Source of the DNA: Macrostomum lignano
Lineage: Eukaryota
Direction: 5' to 3'
NCBI GenBank assembly: GCA_002269645.1
Contig: NIVC01003907.1
Coordinates: 6,327-70,326, forward strand
Length of the DNA: 64,000 bases
A program made the position numbers and the translations under genes. The notes beneath the pieces were generated by a model. The model saw only the letters and a program-made list of their open reading frames with translations, made no database searches and was not told the DNA's origin. This document shows, one piece after another, positions 23,299-34,370 of the stretch (the stretch's first letter is position 1; each line of letters opens with the position of its first letter).

Positions 23299-24319
23299 AT
23301 GCGCCCGGTAAGCGCTCTGGCAGCCGTGTTGTTCCTGACACTCGCTGCAGTCCAGCTTATCGGGTGCCAGGCCAGTGCTGGAATAACAAAATGGAGATTC
23401 AGTCCGGGGAGACTCTTCGACTACGAGCCCGCGAAGTCGCTCTCAGCTCAGTCCAAAATCGAGTGCACTGTCGCTGCCACCGGTGACCCCGCTGTGCAGC
23501 TGGTGGCGTTCAACGCCAGCTCCGGCCTGTGCGCTCACTTCAGGTGTCGCCTCGGCCTGAGCCACTGCAGGAAGTGCCGTGCTGCGAACAAGGGAGCTCA
23601 GCGAGTGTGGGTGAGTGACAAAAATCCACTCCTAAAATTCGAGTATTATGTTTGCTAAACCAACCCACTTGTTTTCTGTTGCAGACAGCCGGCAGTGACT
23701 GCTGGACCACCGTGCAGCACAGGGTGTCCGGCTCAGTGGACTTTTACCGCAACTGGACTCAGTACCAGAGCGAGTTCGGCGAGGGACCCGACGGAAACTA
23801 CTGGATCGGTGAGTGCATCCCAGATCTGCTCCATTCGCTTCCTTTTCCAACTCGGACTTCAATGACAAACACCGCCATGACGTCCGCATCTTCCCAGGCC
23901 TGAACTCTCTCCACGCTCTCACTGCTTCTGGTCCTCGGAAGCTGAGGATCCTGATGAAGGCGTGGAACGACTCTGAGCACTGGGCTGAGTACTCCAGCTT
24001 CTCCGTGGGTCCCGAGTCGGACAACTACCGGCTGAGCGTGTCCGGCTTCTCCGGCAGCGCCGGCGTCGGCAACTCGATGTCTCGCAACAATGGCCGCCAA
24101 TTCTCGACGAGAGACGCTGATCACGACACCTATCACCAAAACTGTGCGGACAGGTTTTTCGGAGCCTGGTGGTTCTCAGATTGCTCTGATTCATTCCCCA
24201 ATGGACAATACCGAGATTTCAGTGCGGCCATTGGAGGCCCATTTGCTGAAGGCGTCATCTGGCGGTATCCCTTCGGCTCCTACTACTCACTGAAAGAATT
24301 TGAAATGCTAATTCTTTAA
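23299..24319 (+). CDS. Secreted fibrinogen-related domain protein 1 (signal peptide + PAN-like domain + FBG). Exons 23299-23610, 23685-23808, 23898-24319; 285 aa
   Basis: FBG motifs [48 protein letters not shown]. Canonical GT-AG introns in phases 0 and 1. Hydrophobic N-terminus. Confidence 0.9.
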
Positions 24320-24705
24320 AACTGGGCCTTTTGAGCATCGAGATCAATTGACTCTGTTGAATACACACTGTCCTAGTGATTAGGCAATGCTATCAGAAAA
24401 AAATTAATAACTTTATTTTGTGAGAAGCGATCAATATATGACAGAAAAACTTTGCAAAAAAACTTGTTTGCGGTCAAGCGCATCACCAGAATCCTTTGAT
24501 TTGTCTTAACCTAATTATAAATACATGTATCGATTAGTATAAGTAATGCGGTTTTTTAGTGACATCTTGACATCTAAAAGGACAACTAAGTAAAGACATG
24601 AAATCTAGAAGCTATTGCTGATAAATCGACTACTTATTAACAAATAGGAGCCACCTGCAAGGCATGAAACTTAAAACTTGGTACCCCTGCCGGCGTGACC
24701 CCCTT

Positions 24706-25871
24706 TAGGGATGTTCGGGTTCGGGTTTCGGGTCGGGTTTTGGCACCGGGTTCGGGGTTCGGGGTAGGCGTTTGGGGTAGGCATTTGGGTCGGGTTCGGG
24801 GTTCGGGGTAGTGTGTTCGGTTTCGGGTTTCGGGTCGGGTTTTGGCACCGGGTTCGGGGTTCGGGGTAGGCGTTTGGGGTAGGCATTTGGGTCGGGTTCG
24901 GGGTTCGGGGTAGTGTGTTCGGTTTCGGGTTTCGGGTCGGGTTTTGGTACCGGGTTCGGGGTTTTCGGGTTTTTTATATTTTTACGAGTTGAAACGAAAT
25001 TAAGCGTAAACTGAGTATTTCCAGGTTTTTTTCGCGTATATTTAATTTTTTAAATCGTTATAAATATCATTCTAGTACGCTACCTTGCTTTATAATGCGG
25101 AACAACTTACACAAATGATAAATTAAGGCTTTGTCAAGAATCCGTTTAGAAAAAAGTTGATTTTGTAATACTATAAGCCTTCTCCAAGCAAAAGAAGACC
25201 AAATTGGTGCGTTTGCATTGCTTGCATCATACTGAGCTGAGGAATGTCTTGACTAATATTTTTATTATGCAATCATATTATTCAAAAATTCATTGACAGA
25301 ATCTTTAATAGTTCGCAGTGCCTCTATTTTCGAATCTGCTGATTCCAAATTCTGAGGCAAGTCTCTGGGTTAAAATGAAAAAATGGACTATATCAATGTG
25401 ATTTTCTAAATTTAGTTGAATTTTGACAGTCACTATGACTCAACAATTAAAAACTGTATTATGATATGATGTTGTTTATCTGAAATAGGGGTGTTCGGGG
25501 TTCGGGGTCGGTTCGGGTCGGGTTCGGGTTCGGTAGGGTGTTCGGGTCGGGTTCGGGTTCGGTAGGGTGTTCGGGTCGGGTTCGGGTTCGGTAGGGTGTT
25601 CGGGTCGGGTTCGGGTTCGGTAGGGTGTTCGGGTCGGGTTCGGGTTCGGTAGGGTGTTCGGGTCGGGTTCGGGTTCGGTAGGGTGTTCGGGTCGGGTTCG
25701 GGTTCGGTAGGGTGTTCGGGTCGGGTTCGGGTTCGGTAGGGTGTTCGGGTCGGGTTCGGGTTCGGTAGGGTGTTCGGGTCGGGTTCGGGTTCGGTAGGGT
25801 GTTCGGGTCGGGTTCGGGGTTCGGCGTTAGAGCTACCCGAACCCGAAAAAATGGAAAGCCGAACACCCCTA
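24706..25871. mobile_element. Non-autonomous hAT-like DNA transposon with GGGTTC-rich subterminal arrays
   Basis: TIRs TAGGGATGTTCGG (24706) and CCGAACACCCCTA (25859-25871). 8-bp TSD ACCCCCTT / ACCCACTT (7/8 match). A second left-type TIR TAGGGGTGTTCGG lies internally at 25486. Confidence 0.7.
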
Positions 25872-26344
25872 ACCCACTTCTAGGCGTGTTGAGCCCTAGG
25901 GTGACTGGAACCCGTTCTACGAGTATAACAGCAAAGAGCACAAGTGGAAAAATTTCCATTTGAAGACTTGCTTTGAAGATATTCCCTACATCTATACTTC
26001 TTGCTTCGACTTACTGCTAAGGAGGCAGTTTTGACTATTGAAGGAGTATCTTAGCACAATTCAGCGAGCGTCAACGACTGCTTTCTTTCGCTTCCCAGGG
26101 TGATTCAAATTTCTTTCATGGATCAGAACAAAAGCTGCCAGGAAGCGAAGCCAGCAACAGCCTACTCCCTTTGGCTTTTGTTTCTCTTTGTATCTGCTGT
26201 CCATTGTTTCCCGGTTCCGGCAAGGCATCCGTCAGCAATCGCTATTTTTAGTAACGTTTGCAGCTTCTCAACCTGGCTCGTTCAGTGCTCCAAGCAAAAT
26301 CTTTTTCGCCTCAGCTGCTAGCAAATTTCTGCTCTATTATTCAA

Positions 26345-26600
26345 TCTACAGCAATCCACAGCAATCCACAGGAATCCACAGCAAAATACAGCAATCTACA
26401 GCAATCTACAGCAATCCACAGCAATCCACAGCAATCCAAAGAAATCCAAAGAAATCCACAGCGATCCACAGCAATCCACAGAAATCCACAAAAATCCACA
26501 GCTATCACAGCAATCCACAGCAATCCAAAGTAATCCACAGCAATCCACAGCAATCCACAGAAATCCACAGCAATCCACAGAAATCCACAGAAATCCACAT
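26345..26600. repeat. 10-bp repeat (CAGCAATCCA)
   Basis: Degenerate tandem copies. Confidence 0.9.
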
Positions 26601-27253
26601 CAACATACTTCTGGGCTTCCTCACAGAGCACTTCCGAAGCTTAAGCTATAGATGTTAAATAGGCAGGTTGCTGGTCATTATTTTGGGGGAAAAATGGATA
26701 TGAACTTCAAATTTTGTTTCAAGGGACGCCCTGATCCACTGGTCACATTAGTCACTACAGTTGATGCAGTCGTAGCGCAGGATGAACGCGCATTATCTCT
26801 GAAGCCTTTCAAAAAACTTCAAGAAGATATTATCGACTTTAGATTTTTATAGTAGGTCAGAAAAAGTCAACTTTTTATGTGATCTTACCGCTTTATTTAA
26901 GTGTGCACTTTCAAACGTCTTGAGAGAACAAAAAATCTTAACAAAAATTTCATTCTTATCAAAGAAACAGTTACAAGTTTAAAAGACTTTTTTTAAACTC
27001 AGGTTTTACAACTTCCGATTTTATCTATACGAGCCAGATTGAGGGTGCAGACAGAAAACAGGTTTACATCCAATTAAAATATTACATGTAAGATTGTTTT
27101 CATGTAAGTATTACATGTAAGAATGTAAGAATATTTCTGATGTTTTTGTTTCGCTCAAGAGCCATCATTTCGCTCAAAAAAAGTAAATAAATAATTAAAT
27201 AGACGATAATCACTGGTCCTCATTGATACATTTTCCAAAATCACCCACAGTAT

Positions 27254-28264
27254 CTAAAAGATCAGCATTTCAAACTTTTTCAATGAGTATTCCCTGTCGA
27301 AGGGATATTTCCAAAGAATTCCCAGATTAGGTGCACCACCAATGGCTGAAGCGGAGTCCTTGTACTCTCCGTTCGGGTTGGTGTCAAAACAGTTGGAGAA
27401 CCACCAGGCACTGACGAACCTCTCGGCGCAATTGTAGGTAGCTTGAACGTCATGGTCGGCGTCCTTGGTGGTGAACTGGAAGCCGTTGCTTCTGGCCAAC
27501 GAGTCGCCGATGCCGGCGCTGCCGGAGAAGCCGGACACACTCAGCCGGTAGTTGTCCGACTCGGGACCCACGGAGAAGCTGGAGTACTCAGCCCAGTGCT
27601 CAGAGTCGTTCCAGGTGGTCATTAAAATGACCGGTTTTCGAGGACCAGAAGCAGTGAGCTTGTGAAGAGTGTTCAGGCCTGGGAAGTTGAAAAGTTGAAC
27701 ATAGTTCCAATTATCCAAATTTAATTACAGAATATTAAACAGCATTCAACCCCACCGATCCAGTAGTTTCCGTCGGGTCCCTCGCCGAACTCGCTCTGGT
27801 ACTGAGTCCAGTTGCGGTAAAAGTCCACTGAGCCGGACACCCTGTGCTGCACGGTGGTCCAGCAGTCACTGCCGGCTGTCTGCAATGTAAAAAGTTTTTG
27901 CAAAAGTGCCAATTCAGACTATGGGGATGCAAAAGCTGCTGAACACAGGACTCACCCACACTTGATGATCTCCTTTGTTCGCATTGCGGCCCTTCCTGCA
28001 GTGGCTCAGGCCCAGGCGACACCTGAAGTGAGCGCACAGGCCGGAGCTGGCGTTGAACGCCACCAGCTGCACAGCGGGGTCCGAGTCCGCAGTCGCCATG
28101 CAGCTGATGTCGCTCCGTGCCCAAAACGAAGAAGCAGCCTCATATTCGGCAAGGCCGTCTCGACTCAGCCGCCAAGTTCTCTCAGCTGAGACAACTCCGG
28201 CCACGCGGGGATTTAGAGCTGCGAACAGCAGGATCATCCATTTAAATCCGTTTGTCGAGCACAT
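27254..28264 (-). CDS. Secreted fibrinogen-related domain protein 2. Exons 28264-27956, 27879-27756, 27678-27254; ~285 aa
   Basis: Same 3-exon structure, phases and motifs as paralog 1. The start could be either of two Met codons. Confidence 0.9.
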
Positions 28265-28876
28265 AGAGATAATTTATTGGTCTTCGATTTTCGATCTGTA
28301 TCGATTTATGTAAAAATAGCCGGTCTGCAGCTGTGTCTCAGCCCAGTGGCTCCTCAACGGAAAGGTTCTGATGATTTCGAAGTCAGGTAGAGTCGAGGTG
28401 ATCTTTCAGCGACAATTTTACCCATCGGCAGTTCTGGCCATTCCGCAGACACCTGAGCTCACACAAGCGCGCCAATACTGCACGCAGGCACGGCACTCAT
28501 ATGCGCTCACACAGGCTGTACAGCAACCTTGACTTACTAATCATCAAGCATGCACACCCTCTGTGCTTTTAGGGCTTTGCCCACATGAGTGTGTGAACCG
28601 CACGACAGCCCTGGCCTCGTATTAAATGCAACGATCAGTATGAAAATTCCTTTAAAACTCTTAGAACTACAGGTGTACTCGGCGTTTCTCTGAGACTCTG
28701 GCGCCCCAGAATCTGTCGTCCACGCTACATATGTTCACGCCCCGGCTCAAAGTCGCGCCTTGTAACACTGTCTTTCGTTAATTATGTTCCCTTTTAAGAT
28801 CTCAAAACAGCTGTCTGATGTATTTTGGTTTGCTTGTTGTTGGCTTGTTGCTCAAGCAGCCTCGAGAAAATGGATG

Positions 28877-28933
28877 GCAGACTGTTGTAACACCGTGCAA
28901 CAGAGGACGTCCAGCTCAGCGAGCTTTCAATGA
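28877..28933 (+). pseudogene. Relic of a fibrinogen-related exon 2
   Basis: Translates ADCCNTVQQRTSSSASFQ*, versus (G)[19 protein letters not shown] in paralog 4. In-frame stop. Confidence 0.45.
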
Positions 28934-28972
28934 ACCCTGCAACTGCTCAATAATGCCAAGCCCTAGCCTCTA

Positions 28973-29671
28973 AGTAGAATGCATGAGGGGGCTTCTGGGA
29001 CAAAATTTTTCACGTCCTCCATAATCCCATTAAATCCATCCATATTATTATGAAATTTTTTTTCAAAGGGTAAGGACCCTGGGTTAGGGGATTTAAAGTT
29101 TTAGGGATGTGGTAGCACGTTGCGGATTGAATGTGGGGAGAAGAATGCAGATTATTTTCTGATTGTTTCGAAGATGCTATGGGTGGATGTCAGTGGATTA
29201 TGTAGGACACCTGTTATGCTCTGATTCTGTCATGGAGGAAGGAGGATTAGTTAGGAGGATTATAGATGACGTTTTGTGAGCGAGTAGGACACCTGTTATG
29301 CTCTGATTCAGGGATAATATGGATGGATTTAATGGGATTATGTTCGAAGTTTTCGGAGCAAGTAGGACACCTGTTATGCTCTGATTCTGTCGGGAACAAT
29401 ATGGATGGATTTAATGGGATTATGGAGGACGTTTTGTGAGCGAGTGCGACCCCCCCCCCGTTTTTTTCTGATTCTGTCAGGGATAATATGGATGGATTTA
29501 GGATTATGTTCGAAGTTTTCGAACTTCGAACTTCGAACATAATCCTCGAAAGGGGGGAGCAAGTGCGACCCCCCTTTTTTCTGATTCTGTCGGGGATAAT
29601 ATGGATGGATTTAATGGGATTATGGAGGACGTGAAAAATTTTGTCCCAGAAGCCCCCTCATGCATTCTACT
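28973..29671. mobile_element. Foldback/MITE-like element with ~75-bp terminal inverted repeats
   Basis: AGTAGAATGCATGAGGGGGCTTCTGGGACAAAATTTTTCACGTCCTCCATAATCCC... at the left end is the reverse complement of the right end. Internal degenerate repeats. TSD imperfect (CCCTAGCCT / CCCTAGTCT, offset). Confidence 0.7.
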
Positions 29672-30354
29672 CCCCTAGTCTATATTTTTATACATTGTTA
29701 TCCAGACACACAAGATCTGCTTGACTGAGTATTTGACTGAGACTACTGTGCATTGAACTACCAACACAACTGAACCTTCGAAATGCAACTCAAATAATAT
29801 AAAACCCCACGTTCAAGTGTGTCACGTCAAATCGGTAACGAATTTGCGAGAATTTTCTACTTGAGCAGCATGTCTGAATGCAAATGAATGAACATTCAAG
29901 AGTCTGAGACTTGACTTTATCGTCTTAACAGGTGTTGGACAGCTAAACTTGTCGAGTTTGTAATTGCGTGTAACGATGGAGAGGAAAAAGCCAGTTTATT
30001 TACCGGCAATATGCAATAAACAAAAGGATAGATTCTAGTTTTGGTTGAAGATCGCGTAGCTACGTGCGTAATCCCACTGGAGGATTTCCAAGAAACAGTC
30101 GAGCAAGCAAATGACAAAACCCAGTCAGAAAGGAGAAACTGAAAATCAGGCACTCATTGTGCGTAGTACTGGATAAACCTCATCGACAGACCTGTGTAAA
30201 ACCTGATTACGTGCTCTGCTCTGAGTTTGACGATGACGTCTACAAAATATAATCCAATAAGTAAACTGTAAGTGAAAAAAACTTGACACGAATATTTATA
30301 AGTCCATAAAGTCGATTAACATCGACAGAATTAACTTTTGCAAACTTTGTTGCC

Positions 30355-31375
30355 TCAAAGGATGAGCATTTCGATCTCTTTTAGCGAGTAGTACGGACCG
30401 AACGGCGACTTCCAGATCACACCTTGAGCGCGCGGGCCACCAATGGCTGACGAGAAATCGCGGTACTGTCCGTTCGGGTGCGTGTTGTGGCAGTCAGCGA
30501 ACCACCAGGCTCCGAAGTAGCGCGAGCCGCAGTTGTCGGAGTGAACGTCGTGGTCGGCGTCCTTGGTGGTGAACTGGAAGTCGTTGCTTCTGGCCAGCGA
30601 GTCGCCGATGCCGGCGCTGCCGGAGAAGCCGGACACGCTCAGCCGGTAGTTGTCAGATTCGGGACCCACGGAGAAGCTGGAGTACTCAGCCCAGTGCTCA
30701 GAGTCGTTCCAGGCCTTCATCAGAATCCTCAGCTTCCGAGGACCAGAAGCAGTGAGATCGTGAAGAGTGTTTAGACCTACATTGAGAAAGATAAATAAAA
30801 TCATTATGATGTCACTTAGCTAAAAATTGCAGACAAAGAAGCAATGCCAATAAAAATCTTATAGAACCATACAAATGGTTACCTATCCAGTAGTTTCCGT
30901 CGGGTCCCTCGCCGAACTCGCTCTGGTACTGAGTCCAGCCGCGGTAAAAGTCCACTGAGCCGGACACCCTGTGCTGCACGGTGGTCCAGCAGTCACTGCT
31001 GATGGTCTGAAAGGGGAAAAACTATAAAAGTCAAAATTAAAATTTGACTCCATACGAGAGCACAGTGAGAAGACTTACATTTCGATTCAGCCACACTATT
31101 TCAGCCCCACTGTTTACATCGCGGCACTTCCTGAAGCTGCTCAGGCATCGGTAGTGAGTGCACTGGCGAGAGCTGGAGTTGAATGCCACCAGCTGCACTG
31201 CAGAGTCGTGGCTTGCAGTACCAGTACATTGGATCTTGGACTGAGCCGTGACCGACCTTAGTGACTCATAGTTAGAGAGGCGGTCACAGCTTGACCACCA
31301 GCTTGTCAACAAAGCATCGCTGAATGTCAGCGAAGTTTCTGCAGCCAGCAGCAGTAAGCAAGTCAAGTAGTTCAT
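30355..31375 (-). CDS. Secreted fibrinogen-related domain protein 3. Exons 31375-31079, 31006-30883, 30776-30355; 280 aa
   Basis: Same structure, with a more divergent exon 1 ([29 protein letters not shown]). Confidence 0.9.
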
Positions 31376-32379
31376 TGGAGATATTGTATCTTTGTCTGAA
31401 TTTTGGCGAAAGACAGTGGCATGCAGAATAAGAATCAGAAAGCCGTAAGTATTAAGTAACAGTGCACTAACGACTATGATGCCTCAGCTACTTCACCAAA
31501 CGAATGAAAAGCCTTTGTCTTGGCACAACTTACGTTTTATGAAAACTCTTTGCTTACGTAGTAGGCTTATAGCAGGTTCCGATTAAGCTTCCCATGTGTC
31601 AGGGTGGCTTCCTCGCAGGGCCTCATTAGTTTTATAACTTTCCCGCCCAAAGCAGACAGATGCGTGGTCTTTTTTGACGGAGGTGATGCTGCTGGAAGAT
31701 GCAGGGTTAGGAGGCTTTAGCTAGAGCCCATTAAGGTAGACTTTGGGTATAGAAAAGCTAAAGAAACTGTCATTTGAAACTCACTCAGTTTTTTACTGCC
31801 ACAGAAGCACCGAAATTCTGCGGCAGTAGCTAATTGGCAATTGCGCATTAATTTTTAACGGCACGAGCAGAGTGGCTGCATGCGATGCTGTTGAATTACC
31901 TCAAAAATACAACGAGGTACTTTCAAGAGCTTCCATGTGCTCTTTCTCAGCATCCATCATACTTCGTAGTTGAAACATTGGGATGCATGATGAACTTAGT
32001 GCGGCAATGTCAAGAAAAAACTACAATTTTCCCAAAGAGATCCCAAAGCTCATTAGTGACATGAACGCAGGGGTAGTGCAGAGTCTTTAACAGCCGCTGG
32101 AATTCTTGGATGAAGGCTCGCATTTGTTCCACGGCCTGTGCTGAGTACCCCCCGCGCCTTGCCGCTGTGTCCCTTCCGGGACAGCCCTGCAGCTAAGAGG
32201 CTGAGTAGCTTTATGTCGCGCCGATGTTCCATGGGTTCGATTCGGCAATGTGCAGGCTGCATTGGTTCGGATTTAATGAACGGACGAGGATATAGAGGTG
32301 TACAGAAGACCTGTGATTGCTGTTGATTTTAAGCGCGCTCCATTTATGCTGTCGGGGTCAATACTTTGATCGAGTAAGG

Positions 32380-32650
32380 ACTAGTTGGCAGGTAAAGGCT
32401 GGGCCTCTTGCTTGTCGGAGGAAGGACTAGTTGGCAGGTAAGTGCTGAGCCTCTTGCTAGTCGGAGGAAGGTCTAGTTGGCAGGTAAGTGCTGAGCCTCT
32501 TGCTAGTCGGAGGAAGGTCTAGTTGGCAGGTAAGTGCTGAGCCTCTTGCTAGTCGGAGGAAGGTCTAGTTGGCAGGTAAGTGCTGAGCCTCTTGCTAGTC
32601 GGAGGAAGGACTAGTTGGCAGGTAAGTGCTGAGCCTCTTTCTAGTCGGAA
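32380..32650. repeat. 46-bp tandem repeat (CTAGTTGGCAGGTAAGTGCTGAGCCTCTTGCTAGTCGGAGGAAGG[A/T])
   Basis: About 5-6 near-identical copies with no spacers. Confidence 0.9.
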
Positions 32651-32848
32651 ACGCGATTTCGAGACAGCTGGTTTGGTGAGCCAGTTCGCACAGGCTTGTA
32701 GATTAGCCTATCTCCGGATCAGCTTATTTATACCTTTACAGATTCTCCCTGTTTGTCTCTCGCTGTTCTCTCTGAGCTATAAAACCCAGATGCTCGCCGC
32801 GACGATATCGAAACGTAAACTGTACACAGGGCTAATAAGCCCTCTCGA

Positions 32849-32850
<2 letters not shown>

Positions 32851-32900
<50 letters not shown>
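32851..32900. repeat. (AT)n microsatellite
   Basis: About 25 AT units. Confidence 0.95.
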
Positions 32901-32902
<2 letters not shown>

Positions 32903-33337
32903 CAGTCAGTCAGAATCAGCCAGCGTGGAGGGGGGTGGGTGAGATGGGCCTGGGCTAAATCAGCGTACATAGCGAACTATATAAAGCACGTTCATTAAAT
33001 CACGCAATGCAAGGAAAATCAATACATTAATAGTCTACCTCCGAAACACTGATCATCTGACAGGAGTGGGAGGCCAGAGTATTATGTGATTGATCTGTAT
33101 GCTTTCAGGCCCGGCAAGCCTCTCATCAAGTTGAAGCCTTCAGAATTTAGGCTATACGAGTGTGTTAGAGGGAAGGAAAATAATCTTCTTACTCTATAAT
33201 TTTGAAGCCAACTAACAATAAAACACTAACTACCAAATTTAGTCAAGTTCTATTCAAATAGTAATAGCCTTATTTAACCATTACCGATTCATTGTTTATC
33301 ATAGTCTCATAGAACAAGCAACAGCAGATCTGTTTCT

Positions 33338-34370
33338 TTAGAGAACAAGCATTTCGATCTCTTTCAGCGAGTAGTACGGACCGAACGGCGACTTCCAGAT
33401 TATACCCTGGGCCCTCGGGCCATCAATGGCTGACGAGAAATCGCGGTACTGTCCGTTCGGGTGCGTGTTGTGGCAGTCAGCGAACCACCAGGCTCCGAAG
33501 TAGCGCGAGCCGCAGTTGTCGGAGTGAACGTCGTGGTCGGCGTCCTTGGTGGTGAACTGGAAGTCGTTGCTTCTGGCCAGCGAGTCGCCGATGCCGGCGC
33601 TGCCGGAGAAGCCGGACACGCTCAGCCGGTAGTTGTCAGACTCGGGACCCACGGAGAAGCTGGAGTACTCAGCCCAGTGCTCAGAGTCGTTCCACGCCTT
33701 CATCAGAATCCTCAGCTTCCGAGGACCAGAAGCAGTGAGATCGTGGAGAGAGTTCAGGCCTGAGATGGAAATGTGAAGATTAACACGAAGCGGAATACTA
33801 GCTAAACAAAGGCATGTAATGTAGCATGTAAATTTATATTTTTTTTAAGTTCAAAGCTACCGATCCAGTAGTTTCCGTCGGGTCCCTCGCCGAACTCGCT
33901 CTGGTACTGAGTCCAGCCGCGGTAAAAGTCCACTGAGCCGGACACCCTGTGCTGCACGGTGATGCAGCAGTCACTGCCGGCTGTCTGCAATGTAAAAAGA
34001 TTTTTTGGAAAAGTGCCAATTCAGACTATGTTAATGCAAATTCTGCTGACACAGGACTCACCCACACTCGCTGAGCTCCCTTGTTCGCATTGCGGCACTT
34101 CCTGCAGTGTCTCAGGTCCAGGCGACACCTGAAGTGAGCGCACAGGCCGGAGCTGGCGTTGAACGCCACCAGCTGCACAGCGGAGTCACTTCTGGCAGCG
34201 GCAGTGCACTGGATTTCAGAAGAAACTTTCAGCGACCTCAAGGCCTCATAGTCAAAGAAGCTGTCGCGGCTTGAGCTCCACTTTCTTTCGGACGACCCGG
34301 CGTGGATTTCAAAGTACTGGATTGAAAGAATCAGAACACAGATGATATGCTTGATTTCGATAGAATCCAT
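33338..34370 (-). CDS. Secreted fibrinogen-related domain protein 4. Exons 34370-34062, 33984-33861, 33759-33338; 284 aa
   Basis: Same structure. Exon 3 is nearly identical to that of paralog 3. Confidence 0.9.

Noticed and set aside
24710-25830. Interstitial telomere ((TTCGGG)n-like)
   Set aside because: Units are heterogeneous and bounded by TIRs and a TSD, so they are better explained as transposon subterminal repeats.
32380-32650. Regular 46-bp repeats as a CRISPR array
   Set aside because: Units are contiguous with no unique spacers, there are no cas genes, and the context is eukaryotic.
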